A program made the position numbers and the translations under genes. The notes below the pieces were generated by a model. The model saw nothing but the letters and a program-made list of their open reading frames with translations. It was not told the DNA's origin and ran no database searches. DNA of 37,033 nucleotides. Source: Pseudomonadota bacterium (lineage in GTDB: Bacteria; Bdellovibrionota_B; Oligoflexia; Silvanigrellales; Silvanigrellaceae). Location of the stretch: positions 1 to 37,033 of the forward strand of contig JBDLRR010000301.1 in assembly GCA_039799985.1 (NCBI GenBank), in the 5' to 3' direction. How positions within the stretch are numbered: position 1 is the first letter of the stretch; every line of letters begins with the position of its first letter. This document shows positions 7,167 through 17,000 of this stretch, piece after piece.

Positions 7167-8902
7167 TGTTCAACAGAGCGACTTCCAAAAAAGGAACGAA
7201 TGGAAAGTCAGCCGCTGTGCTCTTTGTGCAGGTCTATCAGGGTCCTGCCTTGCAATGTGAGGCCGAGTTTGGTCTGGGCAGAACTGGAAACGTTCGCATC
7301 GGAAAATCAAGCAAGGCGGAAATGAATATTCCCTTTGCTCCATTTCCCAACGATCTTTTTATTTTTACAATCACGCGTTGGGGAGCTCGTGTACGCCTGG
7401 ATCCTCATCTCGACGGATTTGTATCCGACGGTCAGAGATTTGGATCCGTTCGTGACTTCATTGCTCCCCGGGGTGCTCTCAAGGAACTTGCATCGGTGCT
7501 TGAGCCTTTGGAGGTTCCAATTCCTGAAGGCAGCCGTGGAGCGCTTGAGATTGCCGGCTATAAGATTGTTTTTCGGGTTGCCAAGCCAAAACCGTTACCA
7601 ACCGGTCCCAAAATAACCGGGGCACCCAAGGCACCATTTGGACTGCCCGAGGGTCAAACATCGCTCGAAAAACTTGGATTCTTTTTGGGTGTGGTGGCTT
7701 CGATCTTGGTCACGATTCCCGGTGTGGTCTGGCTCAACAAAGTGCCCATCCACCAATTCAAGGATCTTCGTGACCTTTCGCCCTTTGTGGCTGTCGACGT
7801 GATTCATCCCGATCATTTCAGATTTCTTCCATGGGCCTTCAGTGGCGACTTCAGTCCGCAGTCTGTTGTCGCGCAGTCGGTGCAGTGGGTAGATGAGCTC
7901 AGGAACAAGTGGGCAAACGAAGAAGTGGGTCGAACATACTCATCATCCATCCCGGTCTTGCGCGGAATCAGCGCTCCAGAGGATGCTTTGGAGCGTCAGC
8001 GACAATGGCAATCAGCGCTGGATGAAAATTGGAAAAAGGTGAGCGAACGACGGGAGTCCGCATCGCCCGGAACATTTCTGCGTGGACAAAGTGAATACAC
8101 ACCTTTTCGGGTCGTGGTGGCGGGTGGCGCCAGTGGTTCGATACCCGAGCGTGTCAGGGCGCGGCTTGAGCGTCTGGAGCGAACATATTCAGCAGCAACT
8201 TCGATAATAGAAACAGAGCACATCTACTTGAAGGATTATTTCAAGCAGGACAATGCTGAAATTCAGCAAATCTTCGATCCTCCAAAGGAACCTGGGTTGT
8301 TTTTTCGATTGGCTGAACCCGCATTCAAAGAAGAGCAGCAGAATTTTTCGGTGGCCGAGAGTTTTGCGGCGTTGGCAGACAAGCGTCGGAAAGATGCTTT
8401 GAGCAGTCAAACCGATGCAGAGTCAGTTCCTATTGTCTGGTCAGGTGATTCGTTGTCGGTGGCGAGCGTGCTGACAATGCCGACCATTGCGAAGCTGGGT
8501 GGATCAGACGAGCACCTTTTCAAGAATGCAGACTTGTCGTTGGGAGTCATTCCTCCTCCTCCGGCGCCCAAGCCGGTTCCCAAGATCAGCATGACTGAAG
8601 TGGAATCGTTTGTGCGCAGTCGCAGCCCCGAGGTGAAGGGATGTTACGATACTGCGCTGAACCGAAATCCACGATTGAGCGGATCAATCATATGGAAATG
8701 GACAATTGCTGAGAGTGGAAAACTGCACAAGGCAAAGGTTGAAAAAACCAGTATCAAGGATTCAGGATTTATTGCCTGTCTGGAAAAGAAGGTCAAAGGA
8801 TGGACTTTTCCCAAGCCGATCAACGGCGCCATCACGATTTCCTTTCCCTTCCGTTTTGTTGTACGCGAGAATATCGATACTCTCGACAGGTATTCAAGAT
8901 AA
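7166..8902 (+). CDS. TonB-like membrane protein with an AgmX/PglI-type C-terminal domain
   Basis: 578 aa, with a TGATG overlap with the upstream gene. Order of parts: a roughly 170-aa cytoplasmic N-terminal domain, a TM GFFLGVVASILVTIPGVVWL (nt 7673-7735), a Pro-rich linker PPPPAPKPVPK (nt 8552-8584), and a C-terminal VKGCYDTALNRNPRLSGSIIWKWTI...CLEKKVKGWTFPKP...ISFPFRF, as in AgmX/PglI/TonB-C domains. Confidence 0.65.
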   Translation: MFNRATSKKGTNGKSAAVLFVQVYQGPALQCEAEFGLGRTGNVRIGKSSKAEMNIPFAPFPNDLFIFTITRWGARVRLDPHLDGFVSDGQRFGSVRDFIAPRGALKELASVLEPLEVPIPEGSRGALEIAGYKIVFRVAKPKPLPTGPKITGAPKAPFGLPEGQTSLEKLGFFLGVVASILVTIPGVVWLNKVPIHQFKDLRDLSPFVAVDVIHPDHFRFLPWAFSGDFSPQSVVAQSVQWVDELRNKWANEEVGRTYSSSIPVLRGISAPEDALERQRQWQSALDENWKKVSERRESASPGTFLRGQSEYTPFRVVVAGGASGSIPERVRARLERLERTYSAATSIIETEHIYLKDYFKQDNAEIQQIFDPPKEPGLFFRLAEPAFKEEQQNFSVAESFAALADKRRKDALSSQTDAESVPIVWSGDSLSVASVLTMPTIAKLGGSDEHLFKNADLSLGVIPPPPAPKPVPKISMTEVESFVRSRSPEVKGCYDTALNRNPRLSGSIIWKWTIAESGKLHKAKVEKTSIKDSGFIACLEKKVKGWTFPKPINGAITISFPFRFVVRENIDTLDRYSR

Positions 8903-8911
8903 AGGCTATTC

Positions 8912-10561
8912 ATGAGCAAATCTTTTCAGGTTATTCCCCTGGGTGGGTGTGGCGAGATTGGAATGAATCTCACACTGTGGCGAGTTGATGAGTCGTGGTT
9001 CTTTGTGGACTGCGGAACGCTTTTTGCCGATGAGACCATTCCGGGAATGGATCTTATTTTTCCTTCGATGGATGCGGTGCGCGAGCGCGGCATTCGTCCC
9101 ACGGCCTGGCTCATCACCCACGGTCATGAAGATCATATTGGTGCCCTGCCATGGCTTTATCGCGACTTCCCGGCGCCTATCTACACAACCGAATTCACGG
9201 CGGAGCTGATCAAGGAAAAATTCCGTGGTCTGGGCCTGGAATCACCCGAGATTCACATCTGGCAGGTCTGGCAAAAAACAACATTTCGTCAGGCTGCTGT
9301 CACCCCGTATCCGGTCAATCACAGTATTCCGGATGCCTGTGGTCTGTATTTTGAAACCAAATACGGAAACCTGCTGCACACAGGTGATTATCGCGTGGAT
9401 CGCTCGGCTCCCGAAGGGTCAGTGACGCTCGACAATCTGGCTCGCATCACCCAGGGAAAACAGACGCTGTTGATGACGGCCGACTCGACGAACGTCTTTG
9501 TGCCAGGACGTGATCGCGAGGAAAAGAAAATTGGTGGAAACCTCGAGGCGCTTTTTAAATCATCGTCGGGCCGTGTGGTGGTGGCGACGTTTGCCAGCAA
9601 CATTTGGCGTGTGCAGAGTATTTTCGACGCGGCAAAAGCCACCGGCCGGCGTGTGTTGTTGCTGGGCAAATCACTTTTGCGCAATTACGAAATTTCTAGA
9701 CGACTTGGCATCATCAGCGATGTTGATGACAATTTTGTTGTCTCAAATGATGAGCTCAAGCTGATTCCGGCGAATGAGCTTTGCATCATATGCACAGGCA
9801 CGCAGGGAGAAATGTTTTCGGGCGCCAATCGTCTTGCATTTGGCAGCATGGAGAACATCAAACTCGACGGAAATGATGTTGTGATTCTTTCAGCCCGGGC
9901 CATTCCCGGTAACGAGAAATCCATCAACGTCCTGATCAACCAATTTTGGAGACTGGGCTGCCGAGTTCTGACGGGCAAGGATGCCGATGTGCATGTGAGT
10001 GGCCATGGGTACGTCGAGGACTTGCGTGACTGCATCGCACTGGTGAAGCCGAAATTTTTTATGCCGCTGCATGGAGAATATCGCAATCTGGTTCAACATC
10101 TGCGGGTCGCCGAATCGGCTGGAGTGAAACCGGAAAATTGTTTTCTTGTTGAAAATGGAGACGTGCTGAGCATCGGGCCAGAGCCGTTGGGGGTCACTGA
10201 TCGCTGGGAATCAGGTCGTGATTTTGTTGGCAGCGAGAGAGTAGTATCCGGCAAGAGTGATGTTTTGCGCAATCGCGTGATGCTGGCGCGCAACGGCATC
10301 ATCGAGGTGTCTGCAGTCGCAGATTCAAGCCTGAGCCGACTGCTCGCAGACCCGAAAATTCAGGTCCGTGGTGTCAATGTGAATGCCAAGAGGGTGATGG
10401 AAGTTTTCAAATCGTCGTTCCGTGAAATCATCCGGATGCAGAGAAAGACAAATTTGAACGAGGAAAGCCTGGCAGAAGAACTGCGCATTGCCGTCCGGCG
10501 CGACCTCGAGACAGACGTCGGCTACAAGACAGTGGTCAGTGTGTTTCTGCACAGACTGTAG
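8912..10561 (+). CDS. rnj: Ribonuclease J (metallo-beta-lactamase / beta-CASP RNase)
   Basis: 549 aa. It has THGHEDHIGALPW, TGDYR, ADSTN and HVSGHG motifs, and its length and order are typical of RNase J. Confidence 0.9.
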   Translation: MSKSFQVIPLGGCGEIGMNLTLWRVDESWFFVDCGTLFADETIPGMDLIFPSMDAVRERGIRPTAWLITHGHEDHIGALPWLYRDFPAPIYTTEFTAELIKEKFRGLGLESPEIHIWQVWQKTTFRQAAVTPYPVNHSIPDACGLYFETKYGNLLHTGDYRVDRSAPEGSVTLDNLARITQGKQTLLMTADSTNVFVPGRDREEKKIGGNLEALFKSSSGRVVVATFASNIWRVQSIFDAAKATGRRVLLLGKSLLRNYEISRRLGIISDVDDNFVVSNDELKLIPANELCIICTGTQGEMFSGANRLAFGSMENIKLDGNDVVILSARAIPGNEKSINVLINQFWRLGCRVLTGKDADVHVSGHGYVEDLRDCIALVKPKFFMPLHGEYRNLVQHLRVAESAGVKPENCFLVENGDVLSIGPEPLGVTDRWESGRDFVGSERVVSGKSDVLRNRVMLARNGIIEVSAVADSSLSRLLADPKIQVRGVNVNAKRVMEVFKSSFREIIRMQRKTNLNEESLAEELRIAVRRDLETDVGYKTVVSVFLHRL

Positions 10562-10567
10562 GATTTT

Positions 10568-11575
10568 CTACAAGAACGCCGTGAGGAACGCCTCGACGTT
10601 CAGCCCGAGTCTTTCCACAAGATAACCACCTTCCTGCACGAGCAGCGTTGGTTTGCGGATGGAGCGGATGGTTTCACCGAGTGAATGGAAGTGTTCTGGC
10701 TGCAACCCGAAATGTCCGAGCGGGTCTTTGTCGGCAACGTCGAATCCACACGAACAGACAATAAATTTCGGGTCGAATTTTTTCAGTACTTTTTCAACCG
10801 CAGCGTGGAAGACCTCAAAATAATGTTCGGGCCCGCAGTGCGGCTCCATCGGGCAATTGAGGTTGAATCCGACTCCGTCATCGATACCAACTTCATGCTC
10901 GTAACCTGTGAAATAAGGATACTCGATGGCCGGATTGCCATGCGTGCTCAGGTAAAAAACATCCGATGAATCATAGAAAATGGATTGGGTTCCGTTGCCA
11001 TGATGGTAGTCGAAATCGATGAGCAAAACCTTTCCGTACTGTGAAAGATATTGCGCCGCGATGGCCGCGTTGTTCAGATAGCAGTAGCCACCAAACAATG
11101 CCGCGGCGGCATGGTGGCCGGGCGGACGTGCGAGGGCATAGCAGGCCTCTCCGGTTTTTTTCAGATGTTGCGCTGCTGCATAAGCACCCGATGCGGCCGC
11201 GATGGCAGCCTGCCAGGTGTCGCTCATGATGGGCGTACCGACGTCGAAGCAATAATAGCCCGCAGTGAAAACAGTGACCGGTTCGTACACCGGTACGCGA
11301 CGGTCACACGGAAAAACGTAAGGCCAGATGACTTCGTCCTTCGAGAGCATCTGTGAGCTTTCGAGAAAGCGAATGTACGCCTCGTCGTGGACAGCCAGCA
11401 CTGCTTCCATGGGAAGTGGTTCCGGGACAATAAATTCAAATTGGCCATGACTTTTCAAATGGCGCCGAATGATGTCGATACGCGCCCGCCGCTCGTGGTG
11501 ACGGAATCGTTTTCCGGCGATGATCTCGTGCGAGAGCACGTGAGTTTTTTGAACCGGATCGTAAAAAACCTTCAT
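10568..11575 (-). CDS. Histone deacetylase-family amidohydrolase (AcuC / acetylpolyamine deacetylase-like)
   Basis: 335 aa. It has ARPPGHHA, IDFDYHHGNGTQ and QEGGY motifs. Confidence 0.9.
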   Translation of the reverse strand: MKVFYDPVQKTHVLSHEIIAGKRFRHHERRARIDIIRRHLKSHGQFEFIVPEPLPMEAVLAVHDEAYIRFLESSQMLSKDEVIWPYVFPCDRRVPVYEPVTVFTAGYYCFDVGTPIMSDTWQAAIAAASGAYAAAQHLKKTGEACYALARPPGHHAAAALFGGYCYLNNAAIAAQYLSQYGKVLLIDFDYHHGNGTQSIFYDSSDVFYLSTHGNPAIEYPYFTGYEHEVGIDDGVGFNLNCPMEPHCGPEHYFEVFHAAVEKVLKKFDPKFIVCSCGFDVADKDPLGHFGLQPEHFHSLGETIRSIRKPTLLVQEGGYLVERLGLNVEAFLTAFL

Positions 11576-11869
11576 TCACCATTCCTAAGTGCTTTAAATC
11601 TAAGCAGATTGAGTGCCGGGAACGAACTCTCTCGACCCTATTATTCAGAAGCATTCCCGCGGGGTCTATCAGGTCGGGTCAAAAAACGTTCGCTCGAGTC
11701 CGACCCGACGGGTCTGAGGCTTTGGACTGCTTTCTGACAGGCCCGAACAAGAACACAAATTCAGTGGCTTGCCAGCCAACGGTCTTGCCATCGCTGGATC
11801 TTTCGATAATGCTCCCCCCAGCTGTGAAGTCCACTGGTAGGATCCAAGCGGCAGAACCCGGAGCACCTT
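11576..11869 (+). promoter_or_regulatory. Long divergent promoter/leader region upstream of the methionine genes; candidate cis-regulatory RNA of unassigned class
   Basis: 294 nt are non-coding. There is an 8-bp stem, GTCGGGTC (11673-11680) with GACCCGAC (11702-11709). TGCTCC (11810-11815) is complementary to GGAGCA (11860-11865), which contains the SD located 6 nt before the ATG at 11870. I recognised no riboswitch core with confidence. Confidence 0.3.
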
Positions 11870-13759
11870 ATGACAAACCAACCCGAGTCAGGGGAAGGCG
11901 CAGCGCGCTTTCCTCTTGAACGCATTTCACGTTTTTTCTCGTTGCTCAATGAAGGCAATCAGGCATTTCTGTTTGATGGCGGAGTTGCCACGCAGCTGTA
12001 TGAAAAAGGCGTCTTCATCAACCGTTCATTTGATGAAGTGAACCTGTCGCAGCCCGAATTGATTGCCAATATCCACAAACAATACATTCAATCTGGAGCC
12101 CAGGTGGTGACCACCAACACCTGGGGAGCGAATCGAATCAAATTGCGCAACTACGGACTCGATTCCCAGCTTTTGGAAATCAATTTGCGTGGAGCGCAAA
12201 TCGCAAGGGCCGTGGCGGGCGACGTGGTTTGGGTGGCCGGATGCTTGGGGCCTTTGGGCGTCAGGATTGAACCTTGGGGCCCCACTTCTTTTGATGAAGC
12301 CAAGGAATTTTTCTTTGAGCAGGCCAAGTCGCTCCAACAAGGTGGAGTCGATCTGTTTGTGCTCGAGGGATTTGCCGATCTCAACGAAATTCATCAGGCC
12401 ATTCGTGCGGTCAAATCGCTGGGCGATTATCCCGTTGTGGCGATGATGGCCACCAACGACGATGGCCAAACATTGTATGGAACCGAACCAGAATGGTTCG
12501 TGCGCAAGCTCGATGAGTGGGGCGCAGATGTTGTCGGAGTCAACGGCGGCAATGGTCCTGCACCATTGCTGGAACTCGCAAAGCGACTCAAGGCTTCTAC
12601 AAACAAGCCCCTCATCCTCAAGCCCAATGCCGGACTTCCACGCCAGGTGGACGGTCGTCTTATTTACATGGCCAGCCCAGAATATATGGGCGAATTCGCT
12701 CGCCAGGCGTTGCTTCAGGATGTTCGGGTTTTGGGTGGATGCAGCGGAACCACACCTCAACACATCCGCGCGATGTCGGGCGCATTGAGGCAAGGAGCCG
12801 CATTTCGTGGTGGCGAAACATTCCGTTCGACGGTTTCTGTTTCCGAGCCCGCCACAACCCAGGCCAAGCCGACGAACCAAGACTCGGCATCACAGTGGAG
12901 CCGCGGTTTGGCAGACGGCAAATTCGTTGTGTCGGTTGAGTTGTTGCCGCCCAAGGGTCTCGACACCGAAAAGCTTCTCGAGCGTTCGGCGCAATGCAAA
13001 AAAGCCGGTATCGATGCCATCAACATTCCCGATGGCCCGCGGGCGAGTGCGCGCATGTCGGCTTTGGCCGCAGCGTGTCTTATTGAACAGAAAATCGGAA
13101 TTGAAACGGTTCTGCATTACGCCTGCCGCGACAGAAATATTCTTGGCATCCAGAGTGATTTGATTGGTGCAGCAGGATTGGGGCTCAAAAATATTTTGTG
13201 CGTCACCGGTGATCCGCCAAAACTGGGGCCATATCCCACTGCAACGGCGGTGTTTGATATCGATGCCATCGGTTTGGTGAACATGGCGTCGCGCTTGAAT
13301 TCGGGATTGGACTTGGGTGGAACGTCGATTGGACGTTCGACTGGTTTTTCAATTGGTGTCGGTGCCAACCCTGTGGCTCCTGATTTGAAAAAAGAGTTTG
13401 AGCGCTTCCGGTACAAGGTCGAGGCGGGTGCCCAATGGGCCATCACTCAGCCGGTTTTTGACTCCGAGAGCCTTCTGCGGTTCCTGGATTTCTCATCGCA
13501 ATTCAATGTACCAATCATTGCTGGAATCTGGCCATTGATGAGTTTGCGCAATGCCGAATTCATGGCCAACGAGGTGCCGGGTGTTTATGTGCCCGAAAAA
13601 CTCCTCGAGCGGATGCGCGCCTGCAAAACAACCGAGGACCAACGCAAGGAAGGTTTGCAGATTGCTTTTGAATTGATCGGCGACATCAAGAAGAGTGTTC
13701 AGGGGCTGCAAATCTCTGCGCCGCTGGGGCAGGTTGAACTTGCCCTCGCGTTGATTTGA
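11870..13759 (+). CDS. yitJ: Bifunctional homocysteine S-methyltransferase / 5,10-methylenetetrahydrofolate reductase (YitJ-type fusion)
   Basis: 629 aa. The N-terminal Hcy-binding domain has FDGGVATQLY, TNTWGAN and GGCSGTTPQHI. The C-terminal MTHFR domain has VELLPPKG, INIPDGPRA, CVTGDPP and WPLMSLRNAEF. Confidence 0.9.
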   Translation: MTNQPESGEGAARFPLERISRFFSLLNEGNQAFLFDGGVATQLYEKGVFINRSFDEVNLSQPELIANIHKQYIQSGAQVVTTNTWGANRIKLRNYGLDSQLLEINLRGAQIARAVAGDVVWVAGCLGPLGVRIEPWGPTSFDEAKEFFFEQAKSLQQGGVDLFVLEGFADLNEIHQAIRAVKSLGDYPVVAMMATNDDGQTLYGTEPEWFVRKLDEWGADVVGVNGGNGPAPLLELAKRLKASTNKPLILKPNAGLPRQVDGRLIYMASPEYMGEFARQALLQDVRVLGGCSGTTPQHIRAMSGALRQGAAFRGGETFRSTVSVSEPATTQAKPTNQDSASQWSRGLADGKFVVSVELLPPKGLDTEKLLERSAQCKKAGIDAINIPDGPRASARMSALAAACLIEQKIGIETVLHYACRDRNILGIQSDLIGAAGLGLKNILCVTGDPPKLGPYPTATAVFDIDAIGLVNMASRLNSGLDLGGTSIGRSTGFSIGVGANPVAPDLKKEFERFRYKVEAGAQWAITQPVFDSESLLRFLDFSSQFNVPIIAGIWPLMSLRNAEFMANEVPGVYVPEKLLERMRACKTTEDQRKEGLQIAFELIGDIKKSVQGLQISAPLGQVELALALI

Positions 13760-13762
13760 GGA

Positions 13763-14068
13763 GTGTTTGAAATGGCACAACAAAGATCGCGTGTTGTATT
13801 TGTTTTGGAAGACCTCGAGGTCGAAGTCCCAAATGGGACAAAAATGTCGGAGGTGGTTGAGGCCGCCGGTGCTGATGTGACTTTTGGTTGCAAAAGCGGA
13901 ACCTGTGGCACCTGCCGAGTGCGCATCGTGGAAGGTCAGGAGCACTTGTCCTCGCCCACACCAGAAGAACGGGATTTTCTTTCTTCGCTGGGTGCACATG
14001 CGGATGAACGCCTGGGTTGTCAGTTCTGCATCCTTGGCGATGTTTCCATCGATTACATCGGAAGTTGA
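13763..14068 (+). CDS. Plant-type [2Fe-2S] ferredoxin
   Basis: 101 aa. It has CKSGTCGTCRV (C-x4-C-x2-C) plus a distal LGCQ cysteine. It starts 4 nt after yitJ-like and ends 5 nt before metH. Confidence 0.85.
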   Translation: MFEMAQQRSRVVFVLEDLEVEVPNGTKMSEVVEAAGADVTFGCKSGTCGTCRVRIVEGQEHLSSPTPEERDFLSSLGAHADERLGCQFCILGDVSIDYIGS

Positions 14069-14073
14069 AACTC

Positions 14074-17000
14074 ATGAAAAATTTGTCGATGAGCGCAGCC
14101 CTGCGTGAAAGAGTCCTGCTCCTGGATGGTGCCATGGGCACGCAGATTTTTGCCCACGGTCCCACGCTTGAGGATTACGGTGGCGCGCAGTTTGATGGTT
14201 GCGTGGAGTTGCTCAACGAGCGCAGGCCGCAGTGGATTCAGGGAATCCATGAGAGTTATTTCCGCGCCGGTTCTGATGCGGTCGAAACCAACACGTTTGG
14301 TTGCAACGAGATCGTCATGGCCGAGTTTGGCCTCGAGCATCGGGTTTTTGATCTCAATGTCCAGGCCGTGAAGATTGCCCGCGATGTTGCCGACAGTTTT
14401 GCCGAAAAGAAATGGGTGATTGGCAGCGTCGGACCGGGAACAAAATTGCTGACCTTGCTTCAGGTCGATTATCCCACGCTGTACAGAAGTTATTACGAAC
14501 AGATGCGTGGACTCATTGCTGGCGGAGCCGATGCCATTCTGATTGAGACGGCACAGGACCTTGGGCAAATCAAGGTTGCCGTGCGTGCTGCACACAATGC
14601 CATGCGGGCGGTGCAAAAAAAGATTCCCATTTGGGTTCAGCTCACAATCGAAACCACCGGCACGATGTTGGTGGGTTCCGATGTTCAGGCCGCACTTGCT
14701 GCCATTGAAATGTTGGGTGTGGACGTCATAGGCATGAACTGTGCCACCGGACCCGACGAGATGCGCCCTCACCTTGCGTATTTGTGTGAATCGGCACCGA
14801 TGATGGTGAGCTGCTTGCCGAATGCGGGGTTGCCTGAAAATCGCAACGGCCAAACTTTCTATCCGCTCGATCCAATCCCATTTGCCCAGCGTGTGCTTGG
14901 CATCGGCAAGGATTTTGGCCTGAACATTTTGGGCGGCTGTTGTGGGACCACTCCCGAACACATCAAAGCACTGGCTGATGTGCGCGGAAGTCTCAATCCA
15001 CCTGTGAGACCCGCGCGCTATGAGCGCTCGGTGAGTTCTCTTTATAACTCTGTTTCGCTGTCACTTGAGCCACGCCCACTTTACGTGGGTGAGCGGACCA
15101 ATGCCAACGGTTCGAAAGCATTCCGTGATGCGCTTGCCCGCGATAATTTTGATACAATGGTCGAGATTGCCAAGGAGCAATCCAAGGAAGGCGCGCACAT
15201 TCTGGACGTTTGTGTTGCCTATGTTTCGCGTGATGAAAAGCGTGACATGAGCGAGTTCCTCAAGCGGTTGGTGACTCAGGTCAACATTCCGCTGATGATC
15301 GATTCGACCGAAGTGCCGGTGATCGAGGCTGCGCTTCAACTTGCACCCGGCAAGTGCATTGTCAATTCGATCAATTTTGAAGATGGAGAAGAAAAGCCGC
15401 GCCGTATTCTGGATTTGTGCCGCGAATATGGTGCTGCGATTGTCGCCCTGACCATCGATGAAAAGGGAATGGCGAAAACCTGCGCAGAGAAACTGAAAAT
15501 CGCCGAGCGTTTGTACAACCTCGTGGTGGTGGAATACGGATTTGCACCTGAGGATTTGATCATCGATCCACTGACCTTCACTTTGGGCAGCGGCGAGGCG
15601 GAATGGCGAAATTCTGCAGTGGAAACCCTCGATGCGATTGCCGGTATCCAACAGCGTTGGCCGCAGGTTAAAACTATTCTCGGATTGAGCAACGTGAGTT
15701 TTGGACTCAAAGCCTGGCCACGTCAGATTCTCAATTCCTTGATGCTTTATCATGCCGTGGATCGCGGTTTGACAATGGCAATCCTGAACGCATCGAAAAT
15801 CGTTCCGGTGGCGCGCATTTCGCCCGAGCACAGGAAAATATTTGAAGCGTTGTTGTTTAATCAGCGCACTGAAATTGAAGATCCTCTCAAAGAAATTCTC
15901 AATATTTTTTCGGATCCAAATGCGCGGATGCAAAAGTCTGTTGACGATGAAAATCTTCCCGTTGAGGAAAAACTCAAGATCGACATCATCGATGGCCGCA
16001 AGGGTCAGATTGCTGCGCATGCACTTGAAGCACTCCAGACCCATCCTCCGCTCACCATCATCAATGACATTCTTCTGGATGGCATGAAGACCGTGGGCGA
16101 GCGATTTGGTTCTGGCCAGATGCAGCTGCCGTTTGTTCTTGAAAGTGCCGAGGCCATGAAGGCCGCTGTGCGGGTTCTCGAGCCGCATATTGAAAAGGCG
16201 GATGGCTACAAGAAGGGCCGTATCATTCTTGCAACTGTCAAAGGCGATGTGCATGACATCGGCAAAAATCTTGTTGAAATCATCTTGTCCAACAATGGTT
16301 TTGAGGTTCTCAATTTGGGCATCAAGCAGCCGATCGAGAGCATCGTTGAAACGTACCGTTCGCAGGGAGCCGATGCGATTGGAATGTCGGGTCTGCTCGT
16401 CAAGTCGACTGTCATCATGAAAGAAAACCTTGAGTATATGGCCGCGCACGGTTTCAAGACGCCGGTCATCCTGGGTGGCGCCGCCCTCACCCGTGATTTT
16501 GTTGAGCGCGAGTGTCAGGCGGTTTATCCCGGCCCCGTATTTTATGCCGAAGATGCTTTTGCAGGCCTTCACCTGATGGAAAAGATTTGTTCCGGCGGCG
16601 TGGATGAACTGTTGGCTACGCGCAAGGCGAAGCTTGCGGGCGCAGGCGGCGAAAGTTCTGCTGAACGTGGCGTGGTGGTGGTTCGCCGTGGCGATAAAAA
16701 AGTGGACCTCGATGCCCAAGGCCAAAGCAGCTGGGTCCGCCGTGATGCAGTTGTGCCCACACCACCTTTTTGGGGCGTGCGCAAAGTCCAACATTCTTTG
16801 CCCGAGCTGTTCGAGTATCTTGATGAATTTGCGTTGTTGCGCAGCCGATGGGGATTCGCCCAAGGCCAATTGAGTGATGCAGAGTTCGAAAAGGTGTTGC
16901 AGGAAAAAGCAGTGCCGACGTTTGAACGACTGCGCGAGCAGGTCATCCGCGAAGGGACCATGCATCCTGCAGCGCTTTATGGTTATTTTCCGGCCTGCAG

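Noticed and set aside
11576-11869. Specific riboswitch assignments for the methionine leader (SAM-I, SAH, cobalamin).
   Set aside because: The SAM-I core (GAGGGA, GCAACC) and the SAH core are absent. The cobalamin-like resemblance is limited to short degenerate strings. I kept it only as an unclassified candidate leader.
12026-12880. A 284-aa minus-strand ORF.
   Set aside because: It lies antisense to the Hcy-MT/MTHFR fusion gene, whose frame carries clear family motifs. It has no motifs and no SD of its own.
14017-14073. An upstream extension of the metH ORF (MSVLHPWRCFHRLHRKLKL).
   Set aside because: It overlaps the conserved C-terminus of the ferredoxin gene in another frame. The MetH homology begins right after the ATG at 14074.
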